From: Escherichia coli
GTDB lineage: Bacteria > Pseudomonadota > Gammaproteobacteria > Enterobacterales > Enterobacteriaceae
Assembly: GCF_013315695.1 (NCBI RefSeq)
Contig: NZ_CP054353.1
Length of the DNA: 64,000 nucleotides
Strand: one strand, 5' to 3'
Shown here: in pieces, positions 28,788-39,417 of the stretch
Layout of the letters: each line of letters begins with the position of its first letter
Position numbering within the stretch: the first letter of the stretch is position 1
Notes under the pieces: model-generated
The model's database searches: none
Told to the model about the DNA's origin: nothing
What the model saw: only the letters and a program-made list of their open reading frames with translations
Translations under genes and position numbers: made by a program

Positions 28788-31214
28788 ATGTCCAAAAATG
28801 AACAAATGGTGGGCATCAGCCGCAGAACACTCGTTAAATCTACCGCGATAGGTTCTCTGGCGCTGGCTGCAGGCGGTTTTTCTTTACCGTTCACCCTGCG
28901 CAGTGCAGCGGCAGCGGTACAACAGGCCAGCGAGAAAGTGGTCTGGGGTGCCTGTTCCGTCAACTGTGGTAGCCGCTGTGCACTTCGTCTGCATGTTAAA
29001 GATAATGAAGTGACCTGGGTGGAAACTGACAACACCGGCAACGACGAGTATGGCAATCATCAAGTACGTGCCTGTTTGCGCGGTCGCTCCATCCGTCGGC
29101 GTATTAATCATCCCGATCGCTTGAATTACCCAATGAAACGCGTGGGCAAACGCGGCGAAGGCAAATTCGAACGGATTAGCTGGGATGAAGCCCTGGATAC
29201 TATCGCCAGTAGCCTGAAAAAAACCGTCGAACAATATGGCAATGAGGCTGTATATATTCAGTACTCTTCAGGGATCGTTGGCGGCAATATGACCCGCTCT
29301 TCACCATCAGCCTCGGCGGTCAAACGCCTGATGAACTGCTACGGCGGTTCACTCAATCAGTATGGCTCCTACAGCACCGCGCAAATTTCCTGTGCCATGC
29401 CCTACACCTACGGCAGTAATGATGGCAACAGCACCACGGATATTGAAAACAGCAAGCTGGTCGTGATGTTTGGTAACAACCCGGCAGAAACCCGCATGAG
29501 CGGCGGTGGCATCACTTATCTTCTTGAAAAAGCGCGCGAGAAATCGAACGCAAAAATGATTGTTATCGATCCGCGATATACCGATACGGCTGCTGGTCGT
29601 GAAGACGAATGGCTACCTATTCGCCCGGGCACCGATGCCGCGCTGGTTGCGGGTATTGCCTGGGTATTGATTAACGAAAATCTCGTTGATCAACCTTTTC
29701 TCGATAAATACTGCGTCGGCTATGACGAAAAAACCTTACCCGCAGATGCACCAAAAAATGGTCACTATAAAGCCTATATTCTTGGTGAAGGTGATGATAA
29801 AACAGCGAAAACGCCGCAGTGGGCTTCGCAAATTACCGGTATCCCGGTGGACCGTATCATCAAGCTGGCGCGTGAAATTGGCACAGCAAAACCCGCTTAT
29901 ATCTGCCAGGGCTGGGGACCGCAACGCCAGGCAAACGGCGAGCTGACTGCACGCGCTATTGCGATGTTGCCTATTCTGACGGGCAATGTCGGCATCAGCG
30001 GCGGGAATAGTGGCGCGCGTGAATCGACCTATACCATTACCATAGAACGCCTGCCGGTGCTGGATAATCCGGTCAAAACGTCAATCTCCTGCTTCAGCTG
30101 GACAGATGCTATCGATCATGGCCCGCAAATGACGGCAATCCGCGACGGTGTCCGGGGCAAAGATAAACTGGATGTGCCCATTAAGTTCATCTGGAACTAC
30201 GCGGGAAATACCCTGGTTAATCAGCATTCTGACATCAACAAAACGCATGAAATTCTGCAGGACGAATCGAAATGCGAAATGATTGTGGTCATCGAAAACT
30301 TTATGACCTCATCGGCAAAATATGCCGACATTCTGCTGCCAGACCTGATGACCGTTGAGCAGGAAGATATTATTCCTAACGACTACGCCGGTAACATGGG
30401 ATATCTCATTTTCCTTCAGCCAGTCACCAGCGAAAAATTCGAACGCAAACCGATTTACTGGATCCTGAGTGAAGTCGCGAAACGTCTTGGACCTGACGTC
30501 TATCAAAAGTTCACTGAAGGTCGCACCCAGGAACAATGGTTACAACATCTGTACGCCAAAATGCTTGCCAAAGATCCGGCGTTACCGTCTTACGACGAAC
30601 TGAAAAAAATGGGTATCTATAAGCGTAAAGATCCCAATGGTCATTTTGTCGCCTACAAAGCATTTCGTGACGACCCCGAGGCAAATCCACTTAAAACGCC
30701 TTCCGGTAAGATTGAAATTTATTCCAGCAAGCTGGCGGAAATTGCCCGTACCTGGGAACTGGAAAAAGATGAAGTGATAAGCCCACTGCCGGTTTATGCC
30801 TCAACCTTTGAAGGCTGGGACTCCCCTGAACGTAGTACCTTCCCACTGCAACTGTTTGGTTTCCATTACAAATCCCGTACGCACTCGACCTACGGCAACA
30901 TTGATGTCCTGAAGGCAGCCTGCCGTCAGGAAGTGTGGATCAACCCTATAGATGCACAGAAACGTGGGATTGCCAACGGCGATATGGTGCGGGTGTTTAA
31001 CCATCGTGGCGAAGTTCGGCTACCAGCCAAAGTGACACCACGCATTCTCCCTGGAGTTAGTGCTATGGGCCAGGGAGCCTGGCACGAGGCCAATATGTCT
31101 GGCGATAAAATCGACCACGGCGGCTGTGTGAATACGCTAACCACTCTGCGCCCTTCACCACTGGCGAAGGGAAACCCGCAGCACACTAATCTGGTCGAGA
31201 TCGAAAAAATATAA
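28788..31214 (+). CDS. ynfE: Molybdopterin oxidoreductase catalytic subunit YnfE (DmsA paralog, Tat signal)
   Basis: 808-aa ORF; twin-arginine motif SRRTLVK; Fe-S cysteine cluster CSVNCGSRCALR. Confidence 0.9.
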   Translation: MSKNEQMVGISRRTLVKSTAIGSLALAAGGFSLPFTLRSAAAAVQQASEKVVWGACSVNCGSRCALRLHVKDNEVTWVETDNTGNDEYGNHQVRACLRGRSIRRRINHPDRLNYPMKRVGKRGEGKFERISWDEALDTIASSLKKTVEQYGNEAVYIQYSSGIVGGNMTRSSPSASAVKRLMNCYGGSLNQYGSYSTAQISCAMPYTYGSNDGNSTTDIENSKLVVMFGNNPAETRMSGGGITYLLEKAREKSNAKMIVIDPRYTDTAAGREDEWLPIRPGTDAALVAGIAWVLINENLVDQPFLDKYCVGYDEKTLPADAPKNGHYKAYILGEGDDKTAKTPQWASQITGIPVDRIIKLAREIGTAKPAYICQGWGPQRQANGELTARAIAMLPILTGNVGISGGNSGARESTYTITIERLPVLDNPVKTSISCFSWTDAIDHGPQMTAIRDGVRGKDKLDVPIKFIWNYAGNTLVNQHSDINKTHEILQDESKCEMIVVIENFMTSSAKYADILLPDLMTVEQEDIIPNDYAGNMGYLIFLQPVTSEKFERKPIYWILSEVAKRLGPDVYQKFTEGRTQEQWLQHLYAKMLAKDPALPSYDELKKMGIYKRKDPNGHFVAYKAFRDDPEANPLKTPSGKIEIYSSKLAEIARTWELEKDEVISPLPVYASTFEGWDSPERSTFPLQLFGFHYKSRTHSTYGNIDVLKAACRQEVWINPIDAQKRGIANGDMVRVFNHRGEVRLPAKVTPRILPGVSAMGQGAWHEANMSGDKIDHGGCVNTLTTLRPSPLAKGNPQHTNLVEIEKI

Positions 31215-31274
31215 CCCACTACGACCATAAATTTTGACATGACATTTTGTTTGAAAAGCAATAAGTGAGTAATG

Positions 31275-33698
31275 ATGAAAATCCATACCACAGAGGCGCT
31301 CATGAAGGCTGAAATCAGCCGTAGAAGTCTGATGAAAACCTCCGCACTTGGCAGTCTTGCGCTGGCAAGCAGTGCTTTCACTCTGCCATTTTCCCAAATG
31401 GTCCGAGCGGCAGAGACACCGGTAGAAGAGAAAGCGGTCTGGAGTTCCTGCACCGTTAACTGCGGGAGCCGCTGTCTGTTACGTTTGCATGTGAAAGATG
31501 ACACCGTGTACTGGGTGGAGTCTGATACGACAGGAGACGACGTTTACGGTAATCATCAGGTTCGGGCATGTTTACGCGGGCGCTCTATCCGCCGACGGAT
31601 GAATCATCCTGACAGGTTGAAATATCCCATGAAGCGCGTCGGCAAGCGCGGTGAAGGTAAATTTGAACGGATAAGTTGGGATGAAGCCCTGGATACCATC
31701 AGTGATAATCTTCGGCGGATCCTGAAAGATTACGGCAATGAGGCTGTACATGTCCTGTACGGAACAGGCGTAGATGGCGGAAACATCACCAACTCGAACG
31801 TCCCGTACCGTCTGATGAACTCTTGCGGTGGTTTTCTCAGTCGCTATGGCAGCTACAGTACCGCACAGATCAGTGCCGCGATGAGTTATATGTTCGGTGC
31901 CAATGATGGCAACAGCCCGGATGATATCGCCAATACGAAACTGGTCGTTATGTTCGGAAATAACCCGGCAGAAACCCGGATGAGCGGCGGTGGTGTCACT
32001 TACTACGTCGAGCAAGCCCGCGAACGTTCAAACGCACGCATGATCGTCATTGATCCACGTTATAACGACACTGCTGCCGGGCGTGAAGATGAATGGCTGC
32101 CCATTCGCCCTGGCACCGATGGCGCACTGGCCTGTGCGATTGCCTGGGTACTGATTACTGAAAACATGGTCGATCAGCCATTTCTCGACAAATATTGTGT
32201 TGGTTACGATGAAAAAACGCTGCCCGCCAACGCACCACGTAACGCGCATTATAAAGCCTATATTCTGGGCGAAGGGCCTGACGGCATAGCTAAAACGCCG
32301 GAATGGGCAGCAAAAATCACCAGCATCCCGGCAGAAAAAATTATCCAGTTGGCACGAGAGATCGGTTCAGCAAAACCGGCTTATATTTGTCAGGGTTGGG
32401 GGCCACAACGACATTCCAACGGCGAGCAAACATCCCGCGCTATTGCCATGCTTTCCGTTCTCACCGGTAACGTCGGCATAAACGGCGGCAACTCAGGTGT
32501 ACGCGAAGGTAGCTGGGATCTGGGAGTAGAATGGTTCCCGATGCTCGAGAATCCTGTTAAAACGCAGATTTCCGTCTTTACATGGACAGATGCCATCGAC
32601 CATGGTACGGAAATGACCGCGACCCGTGATGGTGTTCGTGGAAAAGAAAAACTGGATGTCCCCATCAAGTTTTTATGGTGCTACGCCAGTAACACATTGA
32701 TCAATCAACATGGCGACATCAATCACACCCATGAGGTGCTTCAGGATGACAGCAAGTGCGAGATGATTGTTGGCATTGACCACTTCATGACTGCCTCGGC
32801 TAAGTATTGCGATATCCTGTTGCCCGACCTGATGCCAACAGAGCAAGAAGACCTTATCTCTCACGAATCTGCCGGGAATATGGGCTATGTGATCCTCGCC
32901 CAACCCGCAACCTCAGCAAAATTTGAACGCAAACCCATCTACTGGATTCTGAGTGAAGTTGCCAAACGCTTAGGACCAGACGTTTATCAAACCTTTACTG
33001 AAGGTCGCAGTCAGCATGAATGGATCAAATATCTCCATGCGAAAACGAAGGAACGTAACCCTGAGATGCCCGACTACGAGGAGATGAAAACGACCGGGAT
33101 CTTTAAGAAAAAATGCCCGGAAGAACACTACGTCGCTTTCCGCGCATTCCGTGAAGATCCACAGGCAAACCCGTTGAAAACACCTTCGGGGAAAATCGAA
33201 ATTTATTCTGAACGACTGGCGACGATTGCGGATACCTGGGAATTGAAAAAAGATGAAATTATTCATCCCCTTCCTGCATATACCCCAGGTTTTGATGGCT
33301 GGGACGATCCCCTGCGGAAAACCTATCCACTGCAGCTAACGGGCTTCCACTACAAAGCACGTACCCACTCCAGCTACGGCAATATTGATGTGTTACAGCA
33401 GGCCTGCCCACAAGAGGTGTGGATCAACCCCATTGATGCTCAGGCACGCGGTATCCGTCATGGCGATACCGTGCGGGTATTTAACACTAATGGAGAAATG
33501 CTGATTGCCGCAAAAGTGACTCCGCGTATTCTGCCTGGCGTTACCGCCATCGGGCAAGGTGCGTGGCTTAAAGCGGATATGTTTGGTGACCGGGTCGATC
33601 ACGGCGGCAGTATCAATATTCTGACCTCTCACCGCCCTTCACCGCTGGCAAAGGGAAACCCGTCGCACAGCAATCTAGTCCAGATCGAAAAGGTTTAA
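31275..33698 (+). CDS. ynfF: Molybdopterin oxidoreductase catalytic subunit YnfF (DmsA paralog, Tat signal)
   Basis: 807/808-aa ORF, close paralog of the preceding gene (SRRSLMK Tat motif, CTVNCGSRCLLR). Confidence 0.9.
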   Translation: MKIHTTEALMKAEISRRSLMKTSALGSLALASSAFTLPFSQMVRAAETPVEEKAVWSSCTVNCGSRCLLRLHVKDDTVYWVESDTTGDDVYGNHQVRACLRGRSIRRRMNHPDRLKYPMKRVGKRGEGKFERISWDEALDTISDNLRRILKDYGNEAVHVLYGTGVDGGNITNSNVPYRLMNSCGGFLSRYGSYSTAQISAAMSYMFGANDGNSPDDIANTKLVVMFGNNPAETRMSGGGVTYYVEQARERSNARMIVIDPRYNDTAAGREDEWLPIRPGTDGALACAIAWVLITENMVDQPFLDKYCVGYDEKTLPANAPRNAHYKAYILGEGPDGIAKTPEWAAKITSIPAEKIIQLAREIGSAKPAYICQGWGPQRHSNGEQTSRAIAMLSVLTGNVGINGGNSGVREGSWDLGVEWFPMLENPVKTQISVFTWTDAIDHGTEMTATRDGVRGKEKLDVPIKFLWCYASNTLINQHGDINHTHEVLQDDSKCEMIVGIDHFMTASAKYCDILLPDLMPTEQEDLISHESAGNMGYVILAQPATSAKFERKPIYWILSEVAKRLGPDVYQTFTEGRSQHEWIKYLHAKTKERNPEMPDYEEMKTTGIFKKKCPEEHYVAFRAFREDPQANPLKTPSGKIEIYSERLATIADTWELKKDEIIHPLPAYTPGFDGWDDPLRKTYPLQLTGFHYKARTHSSYGNIDVLQQACPQEVWINPIDAQARGIRHGDTVRVFNTNGEMLIAAKVTPRILPGVTAIGQGAWLKADMFGDRVDHGGSINILTSHRPSPLAKGNPSHSNLVQIEKV

Positions 33699-33708
33699 GG
33701 AGTAGCCC

Positions 33709-34326
33709 ATGACCACACAATATGGATTTTTTATCGATTCCAGCCGCTGTACTGGCTGTAAAACCTGCGAACTGGCGTGCAAAGATTTTAAAGATCTTGG
33801 CCCGGAAGTCAGTTTCCGCCGTATTTATGAATATGCTGGCGGCGACTGGCAGGAAGATAATGGCGTCTGGCACCAGAACGTGTTCGCTTATTATCTCTCC
33901 ATCTCCTGTAACCATTGCGATGACCCCGCATGTACAAAAGTCTGCCCCAGCGGCGCAATGCATAAGCGTGAAGATGGCTTTGTGGTGGTTGATGAAGATG
34001 TTTGTATCGGCTGCCGCTACTGCCACATGGCTTGTCCGTACGGCGCACCACAGTACAATGCTGAAAAAGGGCACATGACGAAGTGCGATGGTTGTTATTC
34101 GCGCGTCGCCGAGGGGAAACAACCCATATGTGTCGAATCCTGCCCGCTGCGTGCACTTGAATTCGGTCCAATTGAAGAGCTGCGCCAGAAGCACGGCACT
34201 CTGGCTGCCGTTGCGCCACTGCCGCGCGCGCATTTCACAAAACCCAATATCGTTATCAAACCTAACGCCAACAGCCGCCCGACCGGCGATACCACTGGTT
34301 ATCTGGCTAATCCGGAGGAAGTGTAA
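33709..34326 (+). CDS. ynfG: Fe-S subunit YnfG (DmsB-like, four-cluster ferredoxin)
   Basis: 205-aa ORF with CxxCxxCxxxC motifs. Confidence 0.9.
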   Translation: MTTQYGFFIDSSRCTGCKTCELACKDFKDLGPEVSFRRIYEYAGGDWQEDNGVWHQNVFAYYLSISCNHCDDPACTKVCPSGAMHKREDGFVVVDEDVCIGCRYCHMACPYGAPQYNAEKGHMTKCDGCYSRVAEGKQPICVESCPLRALEFGPIEELRQKHGTLAAVAPLPRAHFTKPNIVIKPNANSRPTGDTTGYLANPEEV

Positions 34327-34327
34327 A

Positions 34328-35182
34328 ATGGGAAATGGATGGCATGAATGGCCACTGGTTATCTTTACCGTATTGGGTCAATGCGTAGTAGGCGCGCTGA
34401 TTGTTAGCGGAATTGGCTGGTTCGCCGCCAAAAATGACGCAGACCGTCAGCGTATTGTCCGTGGCATGTTTTTCCTCTGGCTGTTGATGGGCATCGGGTT
34501 TATTGCCTCTGTCATGCACCTGGGGTCGCCACTGCGGGCGTTTAACTCGCTGAATCGAATCGGAGATTCTGGTCTGAGTAACGAGATTGCTGCCGGTTCC
34601 ATATTTTTTGCCGTTGGCGGATTATGGTGGCTGGTGGCAGTCATCGGTAAAATGCCGCAAGCGTTGGGGAAACTCTGGTTACTTGTCAGCATGGCGCTCG
34701 GCGTCATTTTCGTCTGGATGATGACCTGCGTGTATCAAATCGACACAGTGCCAACCTGGCATAACGGTTACACTACGCTGGCTTTCTTCCTGACAGTATT
34801 GTTGAGCGGTCCAATACTTGCTGCCGCAATTCTGCGGGCAGCCCGCGTTACATTTAATACCACACCATTTGCCATCATTAGCGTTCTGGCGCTGATCGCT
34901 TGTGCCGGGGTGATTGTGCTGCAAGGTTTGTCTCTGGCGTCTATTCACTCATCCGTACAACAAGCCAGCGCACTGGTACCAGATTATGCCTCCTTACAGG
35001 TCTGGCGTGTGGTATTGTTATGCGCAGGTCTAGGATGCTGGCTTTGTCCGCTCATTCGTCGCCGTGAACCTCACGTTGCCGGACTTGTTCTGGGGTTAAT
35101 CCTCATTCTTGGCGGTGAAATGATCGGGCGTGTGCTCTTTTATGGCCTGCACATGACGGTAGGAATGGCTATTGCAGGTTAA
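34328..35182 (+). CDS. ynfH: Membrane anchor subunit YnfH (DmsC-like)
   Basis: Start MGNGWHEWPLVIFTVLGQ... inside ORF 34088..35182; polytopic hydrophobic protein. Confidence 0.85.
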   Translation: MGNGWHEWPLVIFTVLGQCVVGALIVSGIGWFAAKNDADRQRIVRGMFFLWLLMGIGFIASVMHLGSPLRAFNSLNRIGDSGLSNEIAAGSIFFAVGGLWWLVAVIGKMPQALGKLWLLVSMALGVIFVWMMTCVYQIDTVPTWHNGYTTLAFFLTVLLSGPILAAAILRAARVTFNTTPFAIISVLALIACAGVIVLQGLSLASIHSSVQQASALVPDYASLQVWRVVLLCAGLGCWLCPLIRRREPHVAGLVLGLILILGGEMIGRVLFYGLHMTVGMAIAG

Positions 35183-35224
35183 CAAATTGGTGCGGGGCAA
35201 CCCGCACATTTCAGGATGTTAGGA

Positions 35225-35839
35225 ATGACCCATTTTTCACAGCAAGATAATTTTTCTGTTGCGGCGCGCGTGTTGGGCGCGCTGTTTTATTACGCTCCAG
35301 AGAGTGCGGAAGCCGCCCCCCTGGTTGCGGCACTCACCCGTGACGGCTGGGAAACTCAGTGGCCTCTACCAGAAGAGTCATTAGCGCCGCTGGTGACTGC
35401 TTTTCAGACACAGAGTGAAGAGACTCACGCCCAGGCTTGGCAGCGTTTGTTTGTCGGCCCGTGGGCACTGCCGTCACCGCCGTGGGGATCGGTCTGGCTG
35501 GATCGCGAATCTGTGCTGTTTGGCGATTCAACATTGGCACTTCGTCAGTGGATGCGCGAGAAAGGCATTCAGTTTGAAATGCAGCAAAACGAACCGGAAG
35601 ATCATTTTGGTTCACTGCTGTTGATGGCTGCGTGGTTGGCGGAGAATGGTCGCCAGACAGAATGCGAAGAATTGCTGGCATGGCACCTTTTTCCGTGGTC
35701 AACACGTTTTCTTGACGTTTTTATCGAAAAAGCAGAACACCCTTTCTACTGTGCACTGGGTGAACTGGCTCGCTTAACGCTGGCGCAATGGCAATCACAA
35801 CTGTTGATTCCTGTCGCGGTTAAACCACTCTTTCGATAG
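35225..35839 (+). CDS. dmsD: Tat proofreading chaperone DmsD
   Basis: Start MTHFSQQDNFSVAARVLGALFYYAPES... in ORF 35216..35839. Confidence 0.85.
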   Translation: MTHFSQQDNFSVAARVLGALFYYAPESAEAAPLVAALTRDGWETQWPLPEESLAPLVTAFQTQSEETHAQAWQRLFVGPWALPSPPWGSVWLDRESVLFGDSTLALRQWMREKGIQFEMQQNEPEDHFGSLLLMAAWLAENGRQTECEELLAWHLFPWSTRFLDVFIEKAEHPFYCALGELARLTLAQWQSQLLIPVAVKPLFR

Positions 35840-36033
35840 GATCACCGTAATATTGCCGGATGGTGACGATTACGCGCGATTCGGCAATAATACGTTACAG
35901 TGTCACGTTTTTTTATCTCTTAAAGCACGCACTGCTTTTGCGGCTGGCCTCTTTTGCCGCAAAATAGTCGCCCGTGTTTCATTGCCCATTTCTGCTCATG
36001 CATCATCTACACATCTATCCGGATCTGCGCACT

Positions 36034-37290
36034 ATGTTCCGCCGTCTGCTTATCGCAACAGTCGTCGGTATTCTTGCGGCCTTTGCCGTTGCCGGGTTTC
36101 GTCATGCAATGCTGCTACTGGAGTGGTTGTTCCTCAATAATGACTCCGGCAGTCTGGTCAATGCAGCGACAAATCTTTCCCCATGGCGACGGTTGCTAAC
36201 TCCGGCGCTCGGCGGACTGGCGGCGGGTTTGTTGCTGATGGGCTGGCAGAAATTTACCCAGCAACGCCCTCATGCGCCGACCGATTACATGGAAGCGTTG
36301 CAAACCGATGGTCAGTTCGATTACGCAGCAAGCCTGGTTAAATCGCTTGCCTCTCTGCTGGTAGTAACCAGCGGCAGTGCAATTGGTCGCGAAGGTGCGA
36401 TGATTCTTTTAGCTGCCCTTGCCGCCTCCTGTTTTGCCCAACGTTTTACGCCACGCCAGGAGTGGAAATTATGGATCGCCTGTGGAGCTGCGGCGGGAAT
36501 GGCTGCGGCCTATCGAGCCCCGCTTGCTGGCAGTTTATTTATAGCCGAAGTGCTGTTTGGCACTATGATGTTGGCCTCTCTCGGCCCGGTGATTATTTCC
36601 GCCGTCGTGGCGTTGCTGGTTAGCAATCTGATTAATCATAGCGACGCGTTACTCTACAGCGTACAACTCTCAGTGACGGTTCAGGCTCGTGACTATGCGC
36701 TGATTATCAGTACAGGTGTGCTGGCAGGTCTGTGCGGACCACTGTTGTTAACGTTAATGAACGCCTGTCATCGTGGATTTGTAAGTCTCAAACTTGCGCC
36801 GCCCTGGCAACTGGCACTGGGCGGGTTGATCGTGGGTCTGCTTTCCCTGTTCACACCTGCAGTGTGGGGCAACGGCTATAGCACCGTACAATCCTTTTTA
36901 ACCGCCCCGCCACTGTTAATGATCATTGCCGGGATCTTCCTCTGTAAACTGTTTGCCGTGCTGGCGAGTAGTGGTTCTGGCGCGCCCGGTGGTGTCTTTA
37001 CACCGACGCTATTTATCGGTCTTGCCATTGGCATGTTGTATGGTCGTAGCCTGGGATTATGGTTCCCTGATGGCGAAGAAATTACGCTTTTACTCGGATT
37101 GACCGGGATGGCGACACTATTGGCGGCAACCACGCACGCGCCGATTATGTCGACGTTGATGATATGTGAAATGACCGGGGAGTATCAGCTACTCCCCGGT
37201 TTATTGATTGCCTGCGTAATTGCGTCGGTAATTTCGCGGACGTTACACCGTGACTCTATCTACCGCCAGCACACTGCGAAGCATAGCTAA
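36034..37290 (+). CDS. clcB: CLC-family chloride/proton antiporter ClcB
   Basis: Start [17 protein letters not shown]... in ORF 35974..37290; GSGIP-like and GREGA motifs. Confidence 0.85.
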   Translation: MFRRLLIATVVGILAAFAVAGFRHAMLLLEWLFLNNDSGSLVNAATNLSPWRRLLTPALGGLAAGLLLMGWQKFTQQRPHAPTDYMEALQTDGQFDYAASLVKSLASLLVVTSGSAIGREGAMILLAALAASCFAQRFTPRQEWKLWIACGAAAGMAAAYRAPLAGSLFIAEVLFGTMMLASLGPVIISAVVALLVSNLINHSDALLYSVQLSVTVQARDYALIISTGVLAGLCGPLLLTLMNACHRGFVSLKLAPPWQLALGGLIVGLLSLFTPAVWGNGYSTVQSFLTAPPLLMIIAGIFLCKLFAVLASSGSGAPGGVFTPTLFIGLAIGMLYGRSLGLWFPDGEEITLLLGLTGMATLLAATTHAPIMSTLMICEMTGEYQLLPGLLIACVIASVISRTLHRDSIYRQHTAKHS

Positions 37291-37938
37291 GCGGATGTAT
37301 TGCCCCAGTTCACGCTGTTCGGCGCGCGGCAGATAAGGCAGTTCACCAATGAGCGGTGCCGGAAGTTTTTTACCGAGCACATCAATGATTTCCGCATAAT
37401 GCGCAAGTCCTGGGTTGATTCGGTTAGCCACCCAGCCAATGAGCGGCAGCCCGTCGTTGGCAATCGCCTGAGCTGTTAGCAGTGCATGGTTAATGCAACC
37501 TTCCTGAATACCGACAACCATCAACACCGGCAGTTGTTCCTGCACCACCCATTCAGAGAGCGGACGCAAATCATTCATCAGACTGCGCCAGCCGCCAGTC
37601 CCTTCTACCACGACATGATCGACTTTATCGGTCAGGTTTGCCAGGCCGTTTGAAATGAGGGTGTAATTGATTGGGCAACTGTGCGCCACGCTACTTTCTT
37701 CTTCGCTTAACGCGATAGGATTAACTGCTTCATAAGGCAGTTCGATGGTTGAAACACTCTGCAACACCAGGGCATCTTTATTACGCAGCCCTTCGGGTGT
37801 CTCTTTGCTCCCCTTCGCTACGGGTTTATATCCCGCAACCGTTTTTCCCTGGGAGGCTAACGCTTGTAGCAATGCGCGGGAAACCACCGTTTTCCCTACA
37901 GAAGTGTCTGTACCGGTAATAAAGAAACGCTTCAGCAT
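37243..37938 (-). CDS. ynfK: Dethiobiotin synthetase paralog YnfK (BioD-like)
   Basis: Start [27 protein letters not shown]... (P-loop) in ORF 37243..37950. Confidence 0.85.
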   Translation of the reverse strand: MLKRFFITGTDTSVGKTVVSRALLQALASQGKTVAGYKPVAKGSKETPEGLRNKDALVLQSVSTIELPYEAVNPIALSEEESSVAHSCPINYTLISNGLANLTDKVDHVVVEGTGGWRSLMNDLRPLSEWVVQEQLPVLMVVGIQEGCINHALLTAQAIANDGLPLIGWVANRINPGLAHYAEIIDVLGKKLPAPLIGELPYLPRAEQRELGQYIRLAMLRSVLAVDRVTV

Positions 37939-38062
37939 CACTAACTCCACCGTTATGCTTCACAAATATAAACCAGGAAAATAATTAACCTTGAAAGTCT
38001 AAGTTATGCTTTCCTGGCCCAAATTGAGATAGCGCAAATTTTGGTAGAACAGTTAAAAAATG

Positions 38063-39283
38063 TTAACCCTGCAACAGACGAATCAACAAAGAACCGTTAT
38101 ACATCGCGTCTTTTACTAGCGCAGCCCCTGCCATCGTACCCTGGTTAGAAAATTGAGTACTCTCAACGCTAATGTGCTGACTATACGCAGGAAGGGCCTG
38201 CTGACGGATGCTGTCCGAGATGACCGGGAAGAGGATATCTGCCGCTTTACTTAACGGTGAGCCAATCAGTATTTTTTGTGGGTTAAATAAATTCACCATG
38301 ATGGCAAGAATGCGCCCGACATGCGCGCCCACCCCGGTAATGATGTCTTTTGCCAGTAGATCGCCGCGCAATGCCGCCTGACACAATGAGTCCACGGTTA
38401 ACGGCTGTCCATGTAACATCGAGCTCATGGATTGATTGAGACGCAGCTGTGCCAGCTCAAGAATACTGTCCACACTGGCGATGGTTTCGAGGCAGCCGTG
38501 ATTCCCGCAATAACAGCGTTTCCCATACGGGTCGACCTGCGTGTGACCTATTTCCACGAGGCTACTGCTGCCGGCGTGTAGCAGATGACCATCGGTAATG
38601 ACGCCCGCCCCCACGTTGTGATCGATAACCACCTGAATCACATCGCGCGCCCCGCGTGAGGCACCAAACAAGGCCTCTGCCATCGTCCATGCGCTGATAT
38701 CATGCTGGATATAAACCGGTACGCCGGTATGCTGCTCCAGCGCCTCGCCGAGCGGCATCTCTTTTACATCCTCGTAGAACGGCATGCGATGTACAATGCC
38801 ATTTTCCGTATCAATAATTCCCGGCAAGGTTATGGCAATCGAAGTTAGACGCTCAAGTTTTTTCTGGTGGCGGATAAAAAACTGATCGATATGGGAAATG
38901 ATACGATCCAGCAATGGTGAGTCATCTTTTAACGCCAGTTCCTGCGCCTCCTCCACCACCAGTTTGCTGCTCAGATCGCGCAGAGCAAGGAAAATCTCCC
39001 CGCGACTAATGCGCAGAGAAAGATAGTGCCAGGCTTCAGTTTCAACCACCAGACCCACCGCCGGACGGCCACGGTTCCCCGCTTCTTTGATTTCCAGCTC
39101 TTGCACCAGGTGTGCTTCGAGCATCTCACGGACAATTTTAGTGATACTGGCAGGAGCCAGTTGCGCCAGACGGGAAAGATCGATACGCGAGACTGGACCA
39201 AGCTGATCAATCAGGCGATAAACCGCGCCCGCGTTGGTCTGCTTTATTTGATCAATGTGCCCAGGCTGATTTTCAGCAACCAC
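38063..39283 (-). CDS. mlc: ROK-family global regulator Mlc (DgsA)
   Basis: 406-aa ORF MVAENQPGHIDQIKQTNAGAVYRLIDQLGPVSRIDLSRLAQLAPASITKIVREM... Confidence 0.9.
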   Translation of the reverse strand: MVAENQPGHIDQIKQTNAGAVYRLIDQLGPVSRIDLSRLAQLAPASITKIVREMLEAHLVQELEIKEAGNRGRPAVGLVVETEAWHYLSLRISRGEIFLALRDLSSKLVVEEAQELALKDDSPLLDRIISHIDQFFIRHQKKLERLTSIAITLPGIIDTENGIVHRMPFYEDVKEMPLGEALEQHTGVPVYIQHDISAWTMAEALFGASRGARDVIQVVIDHNVGAGVITDGHLLHAGSSSLVEIGHTQVDPYGKRCYCGNHGCLETIASVDSILELAQLRLNQSMSSMLHGQPLTVDSLCQAALRGDLLAKDIITGVGAHVGRILAIMVNLFNPQKILIGSPLSKAADILFPVISDSIRQQALPAYSQHISVESTQFSNQGTMAGAALVKDAMYNGSLLIRLLQG

Positions 39284-39417
39284 CGCATACTCCCTATATT
39301 TTCGCGCTCCGAAATAATCTGTAGGCTATGGTGAAGCACTTCAATACGTGTCGTCAAATTTTTACTTAGGCATGTGATTAACAGCACATTTTTCGGGCTT
39401 TTTCGCTGAAATTTCCC

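Noticed and set aside
33613-34233. 206-aa and 136-aa antisense ORFs inside ynfG, and similar long antisense ORFs inside ynfE, ynfF, pntA, pntB, fumC and the IS4 transposase
   Set aside because: They lie entirely within well-supported genes on the opposite strand, have biased Arg/Cys/His-rich composition and no start context; typical shadow ORFs of GC-rich coding DNA.
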